DNA of 64,000 nucleotides from Perna viridis (Eukaryota): NCBI GenBank assembly GCA_037379345.1, contig CM074522.1, positions 5,890,001 to 5,954,000 of the forward strand, read 5' to 3'. Shown piece by piece: positions 13,601 to 25,600 of this stretch (position 1 is its first letter; each line of letters starts with the position of its first letter). The notes under the pieces were generated by a model. It saw only the letters and a program-made list of their open reading frames with translations, ran no database searches and was not told where the DNA came from. The position numbers and the translations under genes were made by a program.

Positions 13601-16600
13601 ATTGGCCTGGGAAGAGATGCTAATCATATGTTTGTTAAAAAACATATGAATATCTCTTGACAATCATGTGATAAAAATATGTAAATGGAAACATGTGATT
13701 ATCATATGGTACATGTTATAGTCATATGATCTTATTAGATAATTTTTACTTGGAAGCATATGATAATCATGTGATCATCACATGTGAAGTGAAATATGAT
13801 TATTGTTATCACATTTATGTCCTATGATTATCATATGTGGCAAACCATATGATCTCATATGTGGCACTTTCTGCCATGCACGTTTCTTACCTTGTCTGCC
13901 TATCTAGTACAACAAACTGAAACTGTGATCCCTGTATTCCACAATGTTATTTACATGTGTTTGTTTTGAATTTATATAAACATTACACAGATATTCAGTA
14001 CAGTGCATTGATTTCTGACATTAGTACTATCTAAGCACACTCATCGTAAGCTCTTTAAGCATGAATTGAAAGTCTCCAGGAAAAGGGAAATTTGCATTAA
14101 AAACTTTGAGACTGCATTAAAATCACCATTAAACTGCATGTTGCATGTAAATACCTTATCAGAAGTAATAAAATGCTTACAATTATTAATCTGAAGAACA
14201 CCAACACAGAATCTGTATAAAGAAGCTTGACAAAAGATCCACTGCACTTCTTTAAAAACATTTTTAGATAATGTTTCATTGTTGCATTTAAAGTAGAAAC
14301 TACAAATTTTTGACAGTAATGGTTTAGAATTTATAACATTCTTTTAAATGTAACTTTGCTTTTCAAGGTGTTGATCAAATTGAAGATCTGGCTAGCTCTT
14401 TCAAGTATAACTTCACACTGGATACAACAACCTCAGCCACTGCTTACAAGGCAACTATTGGTCTCCAGGCTTGCTACATTTCCCCAGGTACCTGTGAAGA
14501 TTATGAACTGTTGACACAAAGCAACTTTAATTTGAAGACTTGTAGTGGTCGCAGAAGGAGAAGAAGAGCTGTTGCCACAGAGTTAGTTTTTATTTATAGT
14601 GTTTAGTTTCTATTTATAATGTTCAGATTCTATTTTTATTGTTCAGTTTCTATTTATAAAGTTCAGTTTTTATTATAGTGTTTGGATTCTATTTATATTT
14701 TTCAGTTTCTATATATAGTGTTCAGTTTCTATTTACAGTTTTCAGTTTCTAATTATAGTTTTCATTTCTGTTTTTTTTCCATTGTGAATATACCACTGTC
14801 TGTTCATCCATTGGCATGTTTTAGAATGATTCAAAGAAGCTTTAATGAACTTCATCAGTTTAAGTTTTTGTCTTACTAAAAGAATAATTATCTTTTGTTC
14901 TGATTTCTGTTTTACATTTACTTTTTCTCTTCAACATGGAAGATTATCATGGAATTAAAAAAAAAACTATTTACTATTGTTCATATAATCTGATCTGCTT
15001 TTAACTAAATTAATTGTATTTTTTTTTTTTTTGAAGGGGTTGGGTAAAACCAGAATGTCATTGTTTTAACATCTTGATATTTAATATGTACGTGTGTGTA
15101 TTATAGGCCTGATTTATCTAACATGAGGGAAGGCCTTCGGATTTTGAATGAAAGAAATGCTACTGATGCTGAAAAGAATGCATATGTACAAAAAGCCATT
15201 GCTTATAGTGTATGTACATTAATTTTAAGTAATCTCAATTGTCTGAAAGAATTTAGTTGTTGATCAATGTTGTCAGTTAAATCTTTTCAGCTATAATATT
15301 GAGATTATATGGAAGATAAGGAAAGCAAGACTGCACACAAAAAATGAAAGCACTTGCTGTATCAACTGTGTTAAAAAAACTGAGATTGGCATCAAATGCT
15401 TCGAAAGTATAAGCGTATCTTGCAGACAATTCAGAGATTTTAGTAAACAAATCTGTTACTACAAGAAATTTTCATAACAGGAATGTTATTTTACAGGAGG
15501 GTCAGAGGGACTTCACAACCACTGAGCTAGCTGAGGATGACACAAAAACAGGAGTACGATCTGCAATCAAATCTCTTGGACAGGGTAACCCTATGACCGT
15601 TGGTATTACCAAAGAGAAATTCTCTGGAACTTTCAAAGTATCTGGAGGTTTGTAGCAATGAAATATATTTTCTTTTTATTAACAAATATTATAAAACTTT
15701 TATAGTTTGTGCCAATTTTTCATTCTTTAAAACATAGGTTATAGGTTGTGTAAAACCATAAATTTTTACTATGTATTAAATTTCAATCAGTCAATCACGA
15801 GTGGGTGGTATGTTGGAAACACCTTGTCTGTCAGTCTTTCTGTCCATCCAAAAATCATCATATCTTGGCTCCAAATTGATGGATTGATTTCAAACATCAT
15901 ATAGATGGAACATTCAGTGTTAATGATTGCTGTACAATATCAAGTTACTGTACTAAGAGTAATCAAGGGAACCAAGGTTATAGCGGTAATCATAAAAATG
16001 TAATCCAATGACAAAAATCTGACATGGAAAACAGACATACACAACAAAGAACATAAAGTAAGTAAAATCATACATACGAAGTGAAAAAAGCAAATGAGCA
16101 ACTCGGACTCCACTAAAACTGGGAGTATGGACCAGGTGCACTGGTAGGGCAAACGTCCTCAAGAACACAACAACATATGCAACTTCATGTTTGACTTCTT
16201 ATTTTAGGAGAGGAAATCTTCAAAGCTTTGGACTTCGTAGCAGGTGCATCAGAAGAAGCCTATATCATTGGACAGGGTCTGTCAGAGTTGGGAGCTAAGT
16301 TGTTAGGTGATAAGTTGGCCAACATGACAATTGGTGATATAGAAAGTTTACTGGACATGAAAAATATAGACCCCATACTGGTTGCTCAGTTGATGAAGGA
16401 TATGAGAGACTTGGCAAAGGCTCTGGTAAGTGATTAAGTACTTCTCTGTCTAAGAGTCGGGCAAAATGTAAATAAGGTGTGGCACATGAAGGAAAAAAAA
16501 TAAAAAGATTTTATTGCATTAACCAATTAATTATACCTGATAACCACCAGAAATAACCATCAAAGTGTTGTAAATTTGCCTCTTTAAGATATTGATAGGG

Positions 16601-19600
16601 AAAATTTAGTTGAAATGCACTATGGAAAATTGGCAGGAAAATAAATATCTATGTCACAAATGCTTCAGGATAAACTTAAATAGTTTTTTGGTTGTTTTCT
16701 AGATGTACTGAATATATTTTAGGCAAAAATGACTAAATTGGGGAAAATGATGTGCCACCCATTACCTGATTCTTACTCAGAATAGTACTAAAATGAAGGT
16801 TGTGCACATATCTGAGGAGGGGTTCAATGTGAACAACACATTTTTAATTTCTTTGATGCAGATGGCTTCACAGAGAAAATGCTGTCAGTTCAGAAATGAG
16901 TTTAATCTGACTGAAAGATTTGGCATATGTATCTGACACTTAAAGGAAATATTTAGAAGTAAAGGAAGCTCAAATAAAATGAAGATGTTTTATAAAGTTG
17001 AGGTTGTTGTGTATGTCAAATAGATGTGTTTATGATTCTCATTATAATTATACAACATTCAAGAAGTAGGTGGTATATTGGAATCACATTGACTGTCTGT
17101 CTGTTCATCCAACATTCTGGTTGTCTAAATTTTATCACAGTTATCTTGGCTTCCAGTAAATGGACTGATTTCAAATTTGGTTTGTGGCTTTAGATAGATT
17201 GGACATATGTTTTAAGGGATTTGTTTGCTGTCTGATATCAACGTTTTGTTTTATGGGCCATTTTCACTATATGGAACAATTGGGGTATACCAATCACAAC
17301 AATGCATACAACTTCATGTTATTTTTCTTCTTTACAGTATTCTGAGTTCCTGACAAAGATTTTATCCAACCCTGAGGAAGCTTTCAAATCTATGGACTTT
17401 GCCCTTAATGGAGATTTCAGTTTCCCCAAACAGGATATTACTCTGTTTTCCTATAGCGTCAATATGTTGGTTGGTGGACTTATTCCAATGCAGTTCTGTA
17501 AGTAATATGATTATTTCCCTTGAACAAGTTGGCTTTTGTTATAGAGTTGCCTACCCTTACGATTTTGGCATTTGGCTTTCTATTTTTAAGGCCATCAACC
17601 ATCCTTAAGGTCGTTGTCAGATTCGTTATGATTTGGCCAACTTTCCACAAATTTCTGATTTCGATTTCATCTTAGTTCAGTTCCATCTTTTTTTCATTTT
17701 TGAATGACTCCATAACCACTGTATCAATTGTCATTTCTAAGTATAAAAAAAGCTATGTCTAAACACGGCAGAATAATTTTTTTTTATGGAGGATGTCAGC
17801 CTAATCAGCTTTTTGCAACAAAAAACACACTGAAAAATGAACGTTTTTTTCTCAAAATTCCTTTTTTTTTTGGTGGGGGGACAAGTAGTTCTGTTGTCAC
17901 TAAAAATAGGACACCTGCATTTAGGGTTTCTTCTGTATACTGGGAAAAAAATTATATTTAGGGTTTTTAATATCCAACAAATGTCCATTCAAATATACAA
18001 ATACAAAAATTACAACACTTAAGTGATATTTTTAATAGTAGATGAAGTACTCATAATGGTTTTAGAAAATGTCTCATTAAACCTTATTATTGGAAATGTC
18101 CATCTATGTATAAATTTATACAATTATTAAGTTCAAATAATATCAAAGATCTGTGTAATCTTGGTAAATTTATATTCAGAGCTATGAAGCTAAGATCTGA
18201 TTTATTGTGATGTAAGAAGCTCTTTATTTATGTCAACACAACCTTCTGCTATTGTACCTATAGTTGTATATGACTTTGGTAATAAACATATATATATAGT
18301 ATATGCAAATTTAACCTTTCACCTAAGAAGCACTGATAGCCTGATTTCAGTATGACAGGAAGTTAACATACAATACCAAATGTAATATGAAGCAAGGATC
18401 TTTTTAGTTTAGTATCTTTAATAACAATAAATATTTATAGCTTGTGTCAGAAAGCTTTGTTATATAATGAAAAACAAATCCTAGTTGATGTAAAAAGCAT
18501 AATCTTAAAGGTTACATCTGCCTCATATTGATAAATTCTAGTTGATTTTTTTTTCCTGTTCAGCCTTTGGGGCAGGTGCTTATTATGGCATGAAGTTTTA
18601 TGTGGGTGCCAAAGTCTTAGAAATGAAGGGTAATGTTGGTGTGGAACCTTATGCTGGTGTGACAGTATACGGAGAGCTGGGTATTGGATTCTTGTTATAT
18701 GGAAAGCTCAGATTGGAAGGACGTATCATGGACTTGAGATTCCCTACAACAGCTGAGATTTTATTCAACAAGTTCCCACTTGATGTTGGGTAGGATGATT
18801 GTTTTTTCTACACTAATGTTTTATATAAATATACATGTATTATATGGTTGGGTATAATTTTTATTTTGTGGAACAAGGTATTTTCACTTCGCTATAAAAA
18901 AAAAATGTATTATTATCACAGAATTGAGTTTTGCAATCTTTAGAGTTATCTAAGACACTAGTAATACATTTCCAGCTATAAAAAGACTGTCAAATTAAAA
19001 TAAAATTTCATTGAGATTCCTTTGTAACAGTGAAATATCACAAAAATTAGACTTGCAGCACAAATTTAAGGATGAAACAAACAGTTGTTTAATAGTTTAA
19101 AGTCAGGAAAATGTGTTTTTGTCTTTTGTTTGATTAAATTTTAATTGAGCTAAACCTTTAATAGGCCCAATCAGCTATGATAGTAGAGAATATAGTTGAG
19201 GGGCAGCTTTGTAATTGAGCCTAATTTGTTTTTCAAATAGGTTTATATAGTTTTATGAGGGCCAGAGTCCAATTGTTTGTAGTTTCAGATACAACCTGTT
19301 GTGTCTGACCTCTTAACCTTTCAGCCAAGTCATATAGAATTTTTTTATCACCTCATCAACAAAGTTGAAAATGTTGAAAGAACAAAACAACCGGTCTCTC
19401 CATCTATTAATCTTTGTAAATTCTAGAATAAACTTTTTTTTTCAGGTTTTGACCAAACTTTGCACTAAGTTCTCATGAATATTATTTTCAAGATCTTAAA
19501 GTAGTGCTAAAGATCAAAGGGTCAACATCATATATGTCATAGAGATTCCATGCTTATAATTGCTCTTATTCCTGATTCCTGTCTTTCTTTCTACTGTAGA

Positions 19601-22600
19601 CTGGTCATGTACCTTAAACTGACCCCAATCAAGCTGACATTGTATGCTCTGGTAACCCTGGAAGTGAACATCCTTGGTGCTAAAATAAAGAAGACCCTGT
19701 TCAAGGCGAAGTTGTGGCAGTACGCTGCTCCTACCATTACCAAAAAGTTATTAGATAATAGGAAAGGGGAGAGGGATAATACACCACCTGTTATTGGACC
19801 ATTCACTGATGAACCTGGAGCAAGAAAGAAAAGGGTATGATTTCAATAGTTAGATGGACCTCAAATCTGAAGATTTGTTTGGCTTAGGTGTTCAGTATAA
19901 ATCCATTCAAATTGTATTGAAACTGACCATGATATTACTTAGTTGTCTATTTTAACAAATGTTCTTGATACCCCAAACCCCCCCCACCCACCCAACCAAA
20001 AAAAAAAAAAAAATAGGCATCATATGTAGGTGTGCATGAAGGAGTATAATTAATGTTGGAGGACTTAAAGGGGGATAATCTAACTCAAAGGTTTTACATC
20101 TTAATACCTTAGAAGTCCTACTCCTATGTACTTTGATGAAATTCTATAAGATTTGTAGTCATATGTAAATATGCATGATGGAATATGATTATTATTTGAG
20201 GACTCAAAGGGAGGTAAATGAACTTAAGAGTTTTACATATTATGCCATTTGAAGGAGTGCACATTCTCTTTTTAGCTTTCTCTTTTTATTTTTAGTTAAC
20301 TCAGGGGTTGATTAAGACATCACTTTGAGAGGGTAAAAGAGTGGGAGATGAAAACAAAAACAAAAACAAAAACAAAACAAAACCAAAAAAAAACAAGGGA
20401 AAAAAAACAACTGATAACTTCTTGCAATTCTGGTATGGTAATCAATATGAAGAGATTGCTTTATAACAAGTAGTCCTTAGGTTCCAGTTTACATATTCCT
20501 ATCACTGATAGATTTAGGTACTGCCATCTATCAACAACTCTTCACTGGAGTACTCCACTAGTCTATTATGTAGAACATTGACTTGCATTACATGCCAGGA
20601 GCCTAAGGTTTAACCTCTGTTATATATTGCAATAATTCAGGTACTTCTTAGGAGTACTCCTTTAGCAAAGCATCCCTTTACAGTGATTTTGGGTCCAGGA
20701 ATAATTCCAGCTATTACTGTTTTTTGTGCTGTGGAGTGCATCATGCTGTACTGTTACACAATATTTCTATTTTATTTGAGTAAATTCTTGATTGTAGCCA
20801 GAAGATAAGGTAAGACATGGTTGATGAATGAATTATTTTGCAGGGCTAGAATGTTGATGCTTGCAACAGCACTAACTTGATGGCTATGTTTGCGCATATT
20901 AGATTTTAATGCAGTCAGGATTTTTAAACTTTTTCTGCTTTTTTGTACTTGGAACTCATAGCAGCAATTTAGCTGTTTGGTCTCAGTCAGTTCAGGATGT
21001 GAAAAATTGGTATTTCTCAAAATGTTAGATACATTATTCATATGTGTTTATTTTCCTGAGCTTTGCCGTGAGTACTTTTTTACAGAAATAAATACACATC
21101 TAATACATTGTAGAAATTAGTAACATTTCTTCAATGATACTAAAATCATAAAATCAGTAATTGCATATAATGCATATAATTTGTACCAAAGAAAAAGCTA
21201 AAAAATAATCCAGAATAAGTTAAACTATTTCCCAATTGGTAGTCTATATGTAGGATATGGTGTTTCTGTTCAAAATTACATTTATTATTTTGTGACTTTT
21301 CTTTTTCTTGACTTGTCTATAAAATTATTTACTTCAACTTTAAATTCAAGGTTTTGTATGGTGATTCATAATTCCCAATTTAAGAAAAGGATGCCTATTT
21401 CCCAATAAAAAGGGATAAGGTAGTTTTGAAAAAGGCCAGAAATATCTATAAGTGAAAGCACAACTGATGAAAGATCTGTGAAGGATGTTTCAAAAAATGG
21501 TTTCAAAAATTTTAGCACAAACATTAAAAAATTAATCATGGATATTTTATAGACATATTGTTATATCTCAGAGTTGTATTGTGCAAAAACCATGATAATG
21601 ATTTATTGAATAAATCATGAATCTTTTCTTTGAAAATTGAGCATATCCACAGACCTTGGTAAATTGAGGAAACCTTGAAATATAAGGACTCTATGTATCA
21701 AGTATTTGATATTTAGTTGTTTTTTTATGTTCTTCCTTTGCAAGAGGTATATATCAAACATAGTGTCTGTTCATTCTTTTGTTTATTCCTTAACTTTTTG
21801 TTACAATTTTCGCTGAAACTTGATATTTTGACAGAAGCTTTAAATAGGTATACCATATTGTGGGTTTAGTTTTAGAATGAAACAATGTCAACTTCCTGTT
21901 ACACAATTTTCTTTACATTTTGACCATACCGTTACTTTGTTCACATTTTTTTCAAGATTAAAATGGAGTTTGTAGTATTATTTGATTGGTCCATTAAGAA
22001 TTTGAATTGTCCTGATTTTTTTTTATAAACATTTACGGTGATGACTGGATATTATATGTGATGATTAACAATTAATGTACATTATATGAGTATCATCGTA
22101 AAATACAGACTGTATGTTTATGAGGTAGATTTGAGGTTATGCCGAACATTTTCCTTCTCCCACACCTAGAACACATAAAGGCTTTTACAAAACTTTAATA
22201 TTACATCCCCACTGTATTTTTTGTGCAACTAAAAATGTTAAGAATTTGTATTTTATATAAAGGTAGAAGTCTGTTGAGATGTAATTTTTTCCCAATTATG
22301 CCCTATCAATTTTGGCTTTGCAGTAAAGATTAGTTTTCAACACATCCAAAGAATATTGGTTTAATGAAATAATATAACCATTTTCATCATATTGGGTAAT
22401 TATAAAATATAAAGAAAAATGTACTTTTACACTAAAAAAAAACTGCATGGCTGTGTTCATGTTCATCATATAAAATGATGATTGCAGGATAGGTAAAAAA
22501 ATATTAAACTAATATGATGAACTGTGTTTGTGTGTGTGTTTGCTTTCATATGTTTGCTTTGAGCTTTCAGGAAATAGACAAATGGGTTACTTTGAGTTTG

Positions 22601-25600
22601 GATATTACTAAAAAAAAGTTTTTATGTGCATTTATTCTATCTTGCTGAGATACCAGTAGATAAAAACAGTGCTTTCTCCCATTCATAGGCTTCATCCACA
22701 TTTTCATATTGTTGATCAATTAGATAGTTGTTGATTTACGAATGTTGTCTGAATGTTTTTCATATTTTAAAAGATTAGTTGGTAGTGTATCAACTAATCA
22801 TAATGGTAGTGATATCGATGACACAATGACTTGATGACTGGAGGGGAGGTCCTTGATGATGTAGTTGATGTTGGGAGAATTTAGGATGTTGTTTAATTTA
22901 TTTTTTATGGTTTTATTCATGGGAGAAACAGATTCTTCCTCATTTCTTTCGGGGATTACAGGATTTCTCCACTTGAGATTTTAGATTTTATCTAACAAGC
23001 TTTAGCGAGTGCATTAAAAAATAAAATTCAACTGTCTCTAGTGGAGAATTCCTGTAATCCCCTCGAGGCTGAAGGAGAATCTATATTTAACTAGCTGAGG
23101 TTAAATATTTCTCTTTGATTTGGTCACAATATCCACTTCTTTGACAGCTAGATATTTGAAATATCACATAATGAACAATGTGATACTAACAAGTGATATA
23201 GATAATTTGCAATAAGATGGCTAGAATTTTGTCCATGGCAGATGTCAAATGTCAGGTGGTCAAACATAGAGAAAAGATTTCATAACTTGTAAAAGTTGAG
23301 TAAAGCAAAAATATCAACTTGCTTTATTTTATTTAATATTTTATTTTAGTTAATTATCATAAACTAGTTGTGGCTCATTTGCTATATAGAGATTAAGTAG
23401 CTTGAGTTGATGTTTTGCAAAATATTATGAAACCTATAAATAAAACAAATTGAAATAATGAATTTTAGACTACAGTAAATGCTTTACCAGTAGAAATAGG
23501 AGATTGTAGTTCTTGTTTTAAATTTTTTTTTGCCTCTGTAGAATCAAAATGATTAAAAACAGCTTTTTGATTTCAAACTGAAAATAAATAAAAAAAATGC
23601 ATTCTTTATTTATATGATGGTAAACAGTTAAACTTGTAAAAAATTAATAAAATGCATTATGAGTGACTAAATAGTGTTTTAAGTACCATTAGCTGTTGTG
23701 TGAATAAATAAATGTACAGTGATTATTACACGAACCAAACCACTTGTTGACCCTAAAATTGGGTCAGTGTATGCAGGCATTTGGTTTACCAGGGTCTAAA
23801 CTACATTTATGAATATGAAAGGACTTTAAAAAGTGTCTGGTTATAGACTTGAAATTATTTGTAACATACTAGTAGATTTTCGAATTACTTGATTTACACA
23901 GACTTCTCTGTATCTTTGTAAATGACCATCTGATGAAAATCTTGAACTCTATTGTAACTCACAGTGTTAGAAATAAAGGGGGGAATTGTCTCTGAAAGTC
24001 ATAGTAGACTAGAAATGAAAGAAATTATTTTTATTCTGTAGGGTACAGCTAGGTGTGAAATATTACAGTTACCAAACAGAGATTATGTTGAGCCTGCATT
24101 CGATATTGCTATGAGAGCTGAAGATGACAGAAGTCAGGTGAACTATTTCCTTGATTGCGGAACTGTGAAGGGAGGCAAAGATGTTTTTGATCAGTTTTCT
24201 CTAGGAGGGCCTAAAACTACTATTGATGAGGTAAGCATTGTTTTGAAAAAAGGGGTTGAGTGGAGAATATGTCATTGAAATACTAGTAGAGTACTTATCA
24301 TTGAGTAAGTATTCCTTTATCAATTCTTGTTCTTCTATGTCTGGAGATGAAAATTCAGAGAAAGCAAAACTGTGAATTTTTCTGTTATTGTCAAAGGTAT
24401 GGGTATATGTTTTGTATAATGTCTGTAAGAAAAACCAACTTTACCACCACAAACGGCATCTATCTGTTGATATAAAGGCATATTTTCCAAAACTATTAAA
24501 TTTTGTATGACTTTGTCATTGCAGAAAATTGAGTTAGAAAAAACAGGTCGTAGAATCTACTGTACAATGTTTGCTGAAAATGACGCTGGTGAACGTTCTC
24601 AAGCTTTCTGTGAATTGGAAACATATGACGTTACCCTGCCAGGAGGCAGATGTACAGAGGATTTCATATCAACCAGCAACCCAGCAGTCCTTAAGGCTTC
24701 GGTTGTGGTTTATGAAGATTCACCAATAGTTCTTACTCAAGTTGGAGTTGGTTATGGCAAGGATGAATGGGGTGACCAGGTCGTACAATGGAATACAGTC
24801 AGTGTTGAGCCTGACGATTTCCCAGAAGTTGATCTTAGTAAGATTTTGTAAATCATTATACCCCTGCCCCTTAATGATGATAATATAATAATTAATAGTA
24901 CCAAACTAGTTCATACAAAATAACCTGGTTTACTCAAAGAGAGGCAGCCATTCCGAAAGCTTGTTGCAAATCAAAATATTTGTCAGTATATTCAAATCGA
25001 TTATCTGTAGGTCACTAAATATCTTTATTTAAAGCATTATGACATTCCTATGGATGACAAATACCCAAGGTTTGCTTCTAAAGTAGTATTCTTTGTAAGA
25101 ATCATGCAAATTCTGTTTCACATGATACACAATAAAAAAGGCTACACATTTTTATTTTTGTAAACCTGTTATATAGATCTATATGATGAAATGTGTAATT
25201 ATTTATTCCAATCTGTCTGCTTTTAGGAGATTGGCCACAATGAAGATAGGCCACAATGAAAATCCTACAGTTTCTAATGTATTTTAATGTCATTTACATA
25301 GTTATCTCCATTAATTTTGAATTTTACCGTACATTCTTCATAATATTTATCTCCCAAGAACAAGGGTTATGTGAAAAGCAACATGTTCGTTTCTGTTTAC
25401 TATAACATTTTAAACAAAATATCAAAAATAAAAATATGTTGGCTTTCCAACCATGAATCACATTCTGCATGATTTTTTATCTACGGTGATCCTTAATTTA
25501 CTATTGAACAAAATATAGTGTTTGACGAAAAACATGCATTGTGTAATAATGATAATAAAGCATTTAGTATAATCTGGATGTATTGCTATTATTGAAGGAG

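Noticed and set aside
15107-19834. Naming the gene vitellogenin or apolipophorin
   Set aside because: Only a generic amphipathic beta character is visible. No LPD_N or VWD domain is seen in the window, so no gene symbol is assigned.
19835-24041. Hidden exons or a nested gene in the 4.2-kb intron (e.g. ORF 20772-21041)
   Set aside because: No coding-like segment with credible splice sites was seen, and exon 31 joins exon 32 in phase 0. A small symmetric exon cannot be fully excluded by eye.
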